From a virus (Duplodnaviria; Caudoviricetes), in IMG/VR virus record IMGVR_UViG_3300014838_000041, positions 1 through 38,613 of that record: a stretch of 38,613 bases of DNA; one strand, 5' to 3'. The notes beneath the pieces were generated by a model, which saw nothing but the letters and a program-made list of their open reading frames with translations, was not told the DNA's origin and did no database searches. This document shows positions 24,159 through 31,563 of the stretch, one piece after another. Within the stretch, counting starts at the first letter, position 1, and each line of letters begins with the position of its first letter. Both the position numbers and the translations under genes were made by a program.

Positions 24159-24250
24159 GGATGTTTGGGTGAGTGGCTCAAACCAGCTGTTTGCTAAACA
24201 GCCCGCGGCGTAACTGCCGTGCGAAGGTTCGAATCCTTCAGCATCCGCCA
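24159..24250 (+). tRNA. tRNA-Ser(GCT)
   Basis: GCTGT-TT GCT AA-ACAGC; long variable arm; G73. Confidence 0.93.
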
Positions 24251-24255
24251 ACAAC

Positions 24256-24328
24256 GCCTCGTCCGTCGGACGCGGAGCAGACGCTACGAACGACTGCGAG
24301 GTAGGTTCGAATCCTACACGGGGCACCA
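24256..24328 (+). tRNA. tRNA-Arg(ACG), atypical
   Basis: GCAG-A-CG-CT ACG AA-CG-A-CTGC; no U8; canonical T arm. Confidence 0.8.
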
Positions 24329-24332
24329 ACAT

Positions 24333-24407
24333 GAATCGTTGGGTTTCTGGTGAGACCCGCAGGCTTTCAACCTGCAGAGATGGGTTCGATCCCCATACGA
24401 TTCTCCA
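24333..24407 (+). tRNA. tRNA-Glu(TTC)
   Basis: GCAGG-CT TTC AA-CCTGC. Confidence 0.88.
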
Positions 24408-24411
24408 ACAT

Positions 24412-24500
24412 GGGCTCGTCGCCAAGAGGCCGACGGCACCCGGCTCTTAACCGGATGAGCGCAAGCTCCACCGCTGGTTCGACTCCAGCCGGGCCCACCA
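24412..24500 (+). tRNA. tRNA with CTT (Lys) anticodon and long variable arm
   Basis: CCGG-CT CTT AA-CCGG; variable hairpin GAGC-GCAA-GCTC; A73, CCA. Confidence 0.85.
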
Positions 24501-24563
24501 CCGCGTATAACCGCAGCGCCCTGCAACCGAGGCGTGGCGACAAAAATTTCGGTTATCTATTTC

Positions 24564-24639
24564 GGGGTCGTAACTCAGCTGGATAGAGTCACGCCTTTTA
24601 AGCGCAGAGATGTAGGTTCGATTCCTACCGGCCCCACCA
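24564..24639 (+). tRNA. tRNA-Lys(TTT)
   Basis: CGC-CT TTT AA-GCG (weak upper stem); canonical D and T arms. Confidence 0.87.
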
Positions 24640-24662
24640 ATTTGATGTTGTACAATACACGA

Positions 24663-24751
24663 GGATGGTGCCGCTAGGTTGGCTGGCAACTGGCTTCGAA
24701 ACCCAGGGTACGCTCAACGGTGTAAGGGTTCGACTCCTTCACCATCCGCCA
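24663..24751 (+). tRNA. tRNA-Ser(CGA)
   Basis: CTGG-C-TT CGA AA-C-CCAG; long variable arm; G73. Confidence 0.85.
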
Positions 24752-24755
24752 ATTC

Positions 24756-24841
24756 GGGTTGATAAACGTCTACGGAGAACGCCCCGGCTGTAAACCGGGT
24801 GTCTCGCGACTCGCTAGGTTCGACTCCTAGTCAGCCCACCA
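24756..24841 (+). tRNA. tRNA-Tyr(GTA)
   Basis: CCCGG-CT GTA AA-CCGGG; long variable arm; A73. Confidence 0.9.
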
Positions 24842-24844
24842 CTT

Positions 24845-24954
24845 TGCGGCCCAGACTGAGACCGTAGGTTCTTCTGCTTCTCCAAAAAGCAGTACTCCAC
24901 ATGCTGCCCATATTGGGCACGACGATACCCTCGCAGGGTATTTGACTGCAACCA
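24845..24954 (+). ncRNA. tRNA-like structured RNA ending ACCA
   Basis: TGCGGCC/GACTGCA stem (6 of 7 pairs) + A + CCA; three internal perfect hairpins, one with loop CT CCA AA. Confidence 0.45.
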
Positions 24955-24965
24955 GGAAGACTCTC

Positions 24966-25988
24966 ATGCCGAAGCTCGGACACGAAGACGATGGCGATCA
25001 GGACCAGGATCAATCAGTAGCCCTTGAGGGTAACGCCGAAGCACGGCAGAATGACCCCGATGCACCCAACGAAGAAAACGAAGACCAGGTTGTCGTCGTC
25101 GCAGAAGAAGGCGACCGTCGCCTCAACGCGGACGCTACTGATTCTGATCAAGATGATGATGGTGACGCAGGGGCCAACCGCGGTCGCAAGCGTGAGACGG
25201 CACGTGAACGCCGCGAGAGAGCACGGCTTGCCAAGGAACGCGACAAGCTTGAAATTGATCTGCTGCGTCGGACCACAGCCAAGCAGGACGCCCGCCTCCA
25301 GGAGCTAGAACGCTCACTTACTGTGACACGCGTCACAGACTTGGATTCTCGCCTGGCGACGGAGCTTGCGACCGCCGACCAGATGGACAAGGTGTTCGGC
25401 GCCGCGATCACTGCCAAGAACGGTGACGACGCGCGCCGCGCCGCGCAACTGCGCGATGAGGCCAAGCAGCGCGCCTGGAACATCCACAACGAGAAGCAGG
25501 CCATCCTCCAGCAGGCCAACCAGCGCGACAATGCGCCGCAGGCCGTCCCCTACCAGGCCAAGGCCATTGACTTCCTGAAGGACAAGCAATGGTACAATCC
25601 ACAGGCAGGCGATGAGGACTCTCTCGTGGTCGAGGCCCTGGACAAGGCGCTCTCGAAGCAGATGAACCCCAACGACCCCAACTACTGGGACACCCTGGAC
25701 AAGAAGGTTCGAGCGCGACTGCCTCACCGCTTCCAGCAATCCCAGCGCGACGATAGCAACGACGACGACGGCGAGGACGACAGCGACCCAGCCCCACGTC
25801 AGCAGTCTCGCCGAGGACCCCCGACAGGCGGCTCAAGCCGCGACCGTTCAGGTGGCAACCCTCGTCAGTACGTTCTCCCGGCCGAGATGGTCTCGGCGAT
25901 GAAGGAGGCGGGGCACTGGGATGACCCGAAGACACGCCAGCGTGTAGCCAAGCGCTACATCGACGGCCTCAAGAACAACCGCGGCTAA
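24966..25988 (+). CDS. Probable capsid scaffolding protein
   Basis: Acidic N-terminus, long coiled coil, W-Y core, short helical C-terminus; upstream of capsid genes. Confidence 0.7.
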   Translation: MPKLGHEDDGDQDQDQSVALEGNAEARQNDPDAPNEENEDQVVVVAEEGDRRLNADATDSDQDDDGDAGANRGRKRETARERRERARLAKERDKLEIDLLRRTTAKQDARLQELERSLTVTRVTDLDSRLATELATADQMDKVFGAAITAKNGDDARRAAQLRDEAKQRAWNIHNEKQAILQQANQRDNAPQAVPYQAKAIDFLKDKQWYNPQAGDEDSLVVEALDKALSKQMNPNDPNYWDTLDKKVRARLPHRFQQSQRDDSNDDDGEDDSDPAPRQQSRRGPPTGGSSRDRSGGNPRQYVLPAEMVSAMKEAGHWDDPKTRQRVAKRYIDGLKNNRG

Positions 25989-26007
25989 CCTTTAGGAGTC
26001 AGCCACA

Positions 26008-26559
26008 ATGACCGATGCAAGACTTTCCAAGCAGACCGTTTCGCGCAGACCGAGTCGAGCCGCCCAGAATCGGGCAGTTACTCAGAACCGCAATCAGACG
26101 GACGCTGATCGACTGGAGCTTTTCCGGATGGCGCACGCGCAAGCTGCACTGCCGGACCTCCCACCGATCCCAGGTTTCCACGTTTGCTGGCTTACCAGCA
26201 CGAACAGCAAGGACTCTCTAGCCTTCCGCCGTCGACTCGGATACGAGCCGATCAAGCCGGAAGAACTGGTGGGGTTCGGAGAGTTCGCTGTTGGACAAGG
26301 CGGCACTGTTGATGGACTGGTTCACGTGAACGAGATGGTGGCCTTCAAGCTGCCGCTCGACATCTACAACCAGTACATGCAAGAGAATCACCACTACGCG
26401 CCTGCTCGCGAAGACGAAAAGCTGACCGACGCGGCTCAGCAAGCGAAAGAGCACCTGCAGCGCAAGACTGGTAAAGCAGTGGAACTGGGCGACGGGGTCG
26501 ACATGCTCGAAACAATGGCCTCCATCCAGGCTCCCGATTTCACAGCTGGAGAGCAGTAG
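26008..26559 (+). CDS. Conserved head-module protein
   Basis: AGGAG RBS; LPDLPPIPGFHVCW...GYEP pattern. Confidence 0.7.
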   Translation: MTDARLSKQTVSRRPSRAAQNRAVTQNRNQTDADRLELFRMAHAQAALPDLPPIPGFHVCWLTSTNSKDSLAFRRRLGYEPIKPEELVGFGEFAVGQGGTVDGLVHVNEMVAFKLPLDIYNQYMQENHHYAPAREDEKLTDAAQQAKEHLQRKTGKAVELGDGVDMLETMASIQAPDFTAGEQ

Positions 26560-26621
26560 CTCTCGCTGAAGCCGGGTTCCGGGGTGGGGATTCAACCCTG
26601 CTCATTTTGTAGGAACCAAAC

Positions 26622-27344
26622 ATGTCCCTTACAGCACAGCCATCTGGCCTGGTGCCTGCGTACCACCCGTCGGGTGAGATTCGCAGCATCGTCCACGAAG
26701 GCATCCTGATGCCGGGCACCAACGTCGCGATCAACAAGGGACAACCTGTGTTCCTGTTCCGCGGTACCGGTGCGGCTCAGAACGGCGTGACCATCCCAAG
26801 TGGTCAAGTCGTACTCGTCCCCTTCAACCCAGCGAGCATCGGCAACGCCGGTTCCGCGCTGACAACCAACACTCTCGTCCTGGCACAGCCGATCTACGGT
26901 GTGTTCGCCGGTTGCGAGTACCAAGACGTCACGGGTGCGTGGCAGGAATCGAACTTCTGGCCAGCCGGTCAGGTTTGCTTCCCTGGCACCTTCGTCCGCG
27001 CCATCATCTGGCAGGACCCGCTGATCGAGTACACCATCCAGACCGACGCAGCCCTCGTGGTTGCAACGACTCTGGGCGATGGCCTCTCGCGCTTCGATGG
27101 TCTGCAAGGGCAGCTCAACCAGGCAACGATGGCGAACGCCGCATCGCCTCCCGGTGTGGGCCTCTCGCAGTGCACCTTCCTCGGTGGTGTCGGCAACCTG
27201 GTGGCCAAGGGCACCCAGGGTCAGCTGCAAATCACCAAGGTCGACCCATCCATTCTCAACCAAGCTCCGAATGACCCGTTCCTGCAGGTTCAAGTGCGTA
27301 TCGCGCTACCTCAGACGGCGGCCAACATTCCGAGCACTATCTAG
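26622..27344 (+). CDS. Probable capsid decoration/minor capsid protein
   Basis: PSGLVP, GVFAGCEYQD, WPAG, DPLIEYTIQTD; directly before MCP. Confidence 0.65.
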   Translation: MSLTAQPSGLVPAYHPSGEIRSIVHEGILMPGTNVAINKGQPVFLFRGTGAAQNGVTIPSGQVVLVPFNPASIGNAGSALTTNTLVLAQPIYGVFAGCEYQDVTGAWQESNFWPAGQVCFPGTFVRAIIWQDPLIEYTIQTDAALVVATTLGDGLSRFDGLQGQLNQATMANAASPPGVGLSQCTFLGGVGNLVAKGTQGQLQITKVDPSILNQAPNDPFLQVQVRIALPQTAANIPSTI

Positions 27345-27354
27345 GAGCGCGTAA

Positions 27355-28272
27355 ATGGCTGTCCCAATGCGAAGTACAGACTTCCGCAGCATCGTTGAGC
27401 CAATCCTCAACGAAGAGTTCGACGGAGTCTACGAGCAACGCGCAGACGAGTGGAACCAGGTCTTCAAGCAGATCACCGGTATCCCGCGTGCCTACCATGA
27501 AGAGCCCGTGCTCTTCGGCTTCAGCGCCGCTCCGCTGCTGCCTGACGGTCAACCGGTCACGTACCAAGCTGGCGGCCAGCTGTTCGTGTACCGCTACTTC
27601 TACCAGGTCTACGGCCTAGCGTTCGCGCTGACCAAGGTCCTTGTCGAAGACGGTGACCACATCCGTATCGGTGCGACGTACTCGCGCCACCTCGCTCAGT
27701 CCCTGATCGAGACCAAGGAAACCCTGTGCGCCAACGTGATCAACCGAGCCTTCAACAGCTCGTTCATCGGTGGTGACGGTGTCTCCCTCGTCAACGCAGC
27801 TCACCCGATCCAGAACGCGGGTTCGTTCAGCAACATCCTCGGCACAGCGGCAGCGCTCAGCCAGACGTCGCTCGAACAGATCCTCATCCAGATCCGCGGC
27901 GCGGTCGACAACAACGGCAAGAAGATCCGCCTTGAGCCCAAGAAGCTCGTCGTTGCCCCAAGCAACGTGTTCCAGGCTGAAGTCCTGCTGAAGTCGGTCC
28001 TCCGTACCGGCACAACCAACAACGACATCAACCCCATCAAGTCGATGGGTCTCCTGTCGGGTGGTCAAGCGAACCTGTCGCGTCTGACCAGCAACACCGC
28101 CTGGTTCGTCCAGACGGACGCCCCAGAGGGCCTGAAGCTGGTGAACCGCCGCTCCCTGCAGAAGAGCATGGAAGGCGACTTCGAGACCGACTCGATCCGC
28201 TACAAGGCCACCGAGCGCTACGCCGTAGGTTTCACAGACCCACGCGCGCTCTTCGGCACCCCGGGACTCTGA
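27355..28272 (+). CDS. Major capsid protein (Mu gpT-like family)
   Basis: EPILNEEF, TKE-x-x-x-ANVINRAF, GGDGVSL...HP, PKKLVVAP, NDIN, AWFVQTD, GDFETDSIRYKATERY. Confidence 0.92.
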   Translation: MAVPMRSTDFRSIVEPILNEEFDGVYEQRADEWNQVFKQITGIPRAYHEEPVLFGFSAAPLLPDGQPVTYQAGGQLFVYRYFYQVYGLAFALTKVLVEDGDHIRIGATYSRHLAQSLIETKETLCANVINRAFNSSFIGGDGVSLVNAAHPIQNAGSFSNILGTAAALSQTSLEQILIQIRGAVDNNGKKIRLEPKKLVVAPSNVFQAEVLLKSVLRTGTTNNDINPIKSMGLLSGGQANLSRLTSNTAWFVQTDAPEGLKLVNRRSLQKSMEGDFETDSIRYKATERYAVGFTDPRALFGTPGL

Positions 28273-28400
28273 TCTAGGGTCCAATCCGCGGAGTTACCCA
28301 CCGAACTTGTAATCCGGTGGGTAACTCCCGGCCTCTTTTCTCCCACCAACCAGCGGTAGCTCTCGTCGACCCCGGAAGGCGCAGTGCAGGGCACGAACCG
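28273..28400 (+). ncRNA. Structured element downstream of capsid gene (Mu-gpT-DE-like candidate)
   Basis: CTAGGGTC (28274-81) can pair with GACCCCGG (28368-75), which is enclosed by CGGT..TCGT/ACGA-ACCG stems. Confidence 0.45.
28290..28340 (+). terminator. 14-bp perfect hairpin, probable terminator/attenuator after MCP
   Basis: GGAGTTACCCACCG (28290-303)/CGGTGGGTAACTCC (28315-28), then CTCTTTTC. Confidence 0.6.
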
Positions 28401-28418
28401 AAAAAGGTAGTAACTCTC

Positions 28419-29663
28419 ATGCGTACATCCCTCAACGGTCCCGTCATTCTTTTCGGGAACGACAACCCACAGCAGATTTCTGACACTGATGCTGGCCCGA
28501 ACATCGACTACCAGGCCAATGCGGTTCTGGACTCTCGCTACGTCTCCCAGGTAACTGCCGCTGGCGAAGGCGCCCAGGGCGGCGTCCTGTGCTGGTCAAA
28601 CCCGGTCGAGATGGAGCTTCTGAGCTACATCCCGGCGGCTCCTGGCGCCGCGAACATCGCCGCCGCGCAGGCCCCCACCATCGGTGGGTTCTTCACGCTC
28701 GCCACCTCGCAAACCAACGCCGTCTGCGCGAACATCCCCCTCGTGCCGCAGGGCACCGCAATCCAGCCAAGTTCTGTCACCACCCCGGTGCTGGCGCTTG
28801 ACTTTGGTTTCGCTGTGGTCACCACGACCACGGCGGCTGCAACCGCGAACATCCTGACGATCACCGGCCCCAGCCCGACAGGGTACACGGGCACGGCCAC
28901 ATACGGCTCGCGCTTCTTCTACCCGGGTCAGCGCATCCTGGTGGGCGGCGCTGGCAATGCGGCGGGCACGGTCCCGCTGTCGACGGTGGTCCTCGCGACC
29001 GACCGTTACGCGGCCCCGGGTTACGCGGTGCAAGCCGCTGGCACGGTGCTGATCGCAAACCCCGCGCTCTTCGCTGGTACCAACCTCCCGGTGGGCACGG
29101 CGGATCAAGAGTACGGCGTCGCCGTGAAACCGGTCGTCAAGGCCGGTGCGGCGCGCGTGTACGACCCCGCTCAGATGGGCACCCGTCAGGTGATCGTGAC
29201 CGCCTCCGGTGCCTCCACGGGCACGGTGACGATTCGCGGTTACGACATCTACGAGCAGCCGATGTCTGAGACCCAGACCATCGTGGGCACGGGCGTCACG
29301 GCACCCAAGAAGGCCTTCGCGTACGTCTCCAGCGTGCAGCTGAACCTGGGTTCGACGCTGGCGGGCACGCTCTCGGTGGGCACGAATAGCACGATTGGGT
29401 TGCCGATCCGCACGGACGAGTTCGAGTACTCCTCGCTGTTCGTCAATGGCACGCAGATCTTAACCAGCGCCAACATCACGTTTGCTGACCAGACCCCAGT
29501 CGCGACCAGCACCACGGGCGATGTCCGTGGTACGTACGCGATGCAGACCGCACCGAACGGCACCACGAACCGTGTGGTGTACTTCTACCAGAAGCCCATC
29601 GCCACGGCGAAGGTCAGCACCAACATCGACTTCCGTGGGTATACCGGCGTCGTGAACGCGTAG
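28419..29663 (+). CDS. Virion structural protein (Thr/Ala/Gly-rich, beta)
   Basis: Follows MCP; TIRGYDIYEQPMSE...KKAFAYV...TTGDVRGTY. Confidence 0.75.
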   Translation: MRTSLNGPVILFGNDNPQQISDTDAGPNIDYQANAVLDSRYVSQVTAAGEGAQGGVLCWSNPVEMELLSYIPAAPGAANIAAAQAPTIGGFFTLATSQTNAVCANIPLVPQGTAIQPSSVTTPVLALDFGFAVVTTTTAAATANILTITGPSPTGYTGTATYGSRFFYPGQRILVGGAGNAAGTVPLSTVVLATDRYAAPGYAVQAAGTVLIANPALFAGTNLPVGTADQEYGVAVKPVVKAGAARVYDPAQMGTRQVIVTASGASTGTVTIRGYDIYEQPMSETQTIVGTGVTAPKKAFAYVSSVQLNLGSTLAGTLSVGTNSTIGLPIRTDEFEYSSLFVNGTQILTSANITFADQTPVATSTTGDVRGTYAMQTAPNGTTNRVVYFYQKPIATAKVSTNIDFRGYTGVVNA

Positions 29664-29672
29664 GGCTGAGCC

Positions 29673-30074
29673 ATGAAGCTCACCCAGTACAACGTCGTTT
29701 ACACGGGCGTCACGGCCATCGGGGCCAGCGCGAACCCGGCTGTCATCGGATCGCAAGGTGGCGCGGCAGAGGCCGTACCGGTGATCCCTGTCGACAGCCG
29801 CTCGAACCCGGTCAACGTCTGGGGCTCGATCCTCAGCGCTGGCGCGACGTACGCTCTGCAGTACACAACCTCGGACGTATACGCTCCGGGGTACAACGCG
29901 GCCACCGACCTAATGTGGACCACTGTCCCAAGTGCTCCAACCGGTTCGACTGGCAACGCGCCATTCAACATCACAGCCCTAGGCATCACTGGCATCCGTC
30001 TGAACGTCACGGTCAACCCGACCGGCGTGACGCTGGGACCAGTCTTCCAGAGCGACAGCACAGTAGGCGCGTAA
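29673..30074 (+). CDS. Small virion structural protein
   Basis: Beta-rich; Y-x-LQYT-x-x-D...GIRLNV. Confidence 0.65.
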   Translation: MKLTQYNVVYTGVTAIGASANPAVIGSQGGAAEAVPVIPVDSRSNPVNVWGSILSAGATYALQYTTSDVYAPGYNAATDLMWTTVPSAPTGSTGNAPFNITALGITGIRLNVTVNPTGVTLGPVFQSDSTVGA

Positions 30075-30075
30075 C

Positions 30076-31545
30076 ATGGCAGTCAAGTACGTCAACGAGT
30101 TCGAATTCCCTAGCGACTTCGGCTTCCAGAAGTCCAGCAAGGTGGGCACGACTGTGCCCGGCAAGCACGGCAGCAAGCAAGCCTTCAAGCACGGCGGGCA
30201 CGCATCGACACCGCAGCCGTACAAGCACGGCGGCCACATGGACCCGAAGGGTGCCTCCACCTCGCGCGACACAGGCATCTCGAAGCCAGCTCACAAGCTC
30301 GGCGGCGCGATCCAGGGTCCGCAGTCCAAGTACGCTACCTACACCAAGAAGAATCCCGTCAGCCCGACAACTGGCGCTGGCGCGGACAACCTCAAGTACA
30401 AGCATGGCAACGACCACATCATCGCCAAGACCAAGGGCGAGAAGTCGAGTGGCGTAGAGGCCCCGGCGTTTAAGCACGGTGGCAAGGCCGAGCGCAACGC
30501 AGCCATTGCGAAGGCTCACGCGAAGCACCACCACGCCAAGGGTGGCTCGATCTCGGCGGACATCGCCGACGCACCGGTACCGATGGGCAAGAAGCCTGCC
30601 TGGAACCGCGACGACGCGACCAGCCCCGGCAGCGCGAAGCGCTCGCCCCCGAAGCAGGGCATGAAGAACAGCAAGGCCGCTAGCGACAAGTTCGCAGCCG
30701 ATGGCGAGAACACCAAGCCAGCTACGAAGCAGGAAGGTGACGTCGAGCGCATGAGCGGCTTCAGCGACTTCAAGAAGGGCGGCAAGGTCAAGAAGGCCAA
30801 GGGTGGGCATGCCACGACTCCGCAGCGCTACAAGGAAGGCGGCCACGCCAAGGGCTGCAGCTGCAAGATGTGCTCCGGTGGCGCCGCGATGAAGGAAGGC
30901 GGCTACCTGGGAGAGGGCGTCAGCACCAAGGACACGTACAAGAAGGGCGGCCAGCACGACCGCATCAAGAACCTCGGTCACTACGCCCACGGCGGCAAGG
31001 TGAAGGACGCGAGCAAGTACGAGCACGCCGCTGGCACTCCGAAGAAGAGCCACGACGGCACGAAGTCCGAGAAGCCAAGCGCGAAGCACGTCCCTCAGCA
31101 CCCGCACGCGGGCGCGAGCGTGCACTCCAAGGTGAAGGCTGGCCCTGAGTCGACAGCGAAGCCGCACGACGGCGCCGCGGCGACCCGCAAGGAAGTCAAG
31201 AGCGCCGAGCCGCACATGGCCGGTGGCGGCCTCACCCGCGGTACCTCGGGCAAGCGCAACGCCGCGATCCACGCACACGAAAAGATGAAGGCCCATGGCG
31301 GCCCCGGCCTTGGCGCCCTCGCGGCGGTCCTCGGCGGCGCAGGCCCCGGTGGCGCGATGAAGCAGCCACCAGGCCCAGGAATGGGTCCTCCACCTCCTGG
31401 GATGGCCCCAGGCATGGGATCGCCTCCGGGTGGTCCGATGGGTGGCATGGCACCTCCTCCGGGCGGCGCGATGGGCCCAGGCGGTATGGCGCACGGTGGC
31501 AAGGTCACTCACGTCATGCACCACCACGTGTCCTACAAGCGGTAA
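30076..31545 (+). CDS. Lys/His-rich disordered protein with repeated xxxGG motifs
   Basis: About 15 copies such as FKHGG, YKHGG, FKKGG, YAHGG; Pro/Gly/Met-rich tail. Confidence 0.8.
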   Translation: MAVKYVNEFEFPSDFGFQKSSKVGTTVPGKHGSKQAFKHGGHASTPQPYKHGGHMDPKGASTSRDTGISKPAHKLGGAIQGPQSKYATYTKKNPVSPTTGAGADNLKYKHGNDHIIAKTKGEKSSGVEAPAFKHGGKAERNAAIAKAHAKHHHAKGGSISADIADAPVPMGKKPAWNRDDATSPGSAKRSPPKQGMKNSKAASDKFAADGENTKPATKQEGDVERMSGFSDFKKGGKVKKAKGGHATTPQRYKEGGHAKGCSCKMCSGGAAMKEGGYLGEGVSTKDTYKKGGQHDRIKNLGHYAHGGKVKDASKYEHAAGTPKKSHDGTKSEKPSAKHVPQHPHAGASVHSKVKAGPESTAKPHDGAAATRKEVKSAEPHMAGGGLTRGTSGKRNAAIHAHEKMKAHGGPGLGALAAVLGGAGPGGAMKQPPGPGMGPPPPGMAPGMGSPPGGPMGGMAPPPGGAMGPGGMAHGGKVTHVMHHHVSYKR

Positions 31546-31563
31546 TCTGCCGCGGAGCCTACC

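Noticed and set aside
24501-24563. Theta/HDV-like ribozyme after a tRNA
   Set aside because: No G at the tRNA 3' junction and no proper P3/L3; the tRNAs already encode CCA.
22587-24689. ORFs on both strands across the tRNA array
   Set aside because: Fully explained by tRNA cloverleaves.
28368-28384. SRP RNA helix-8-like CCGGAAGG..GCAG
   Set aside because: Lacks the upstream CAGG half of the internal loop and the long SRP stem.
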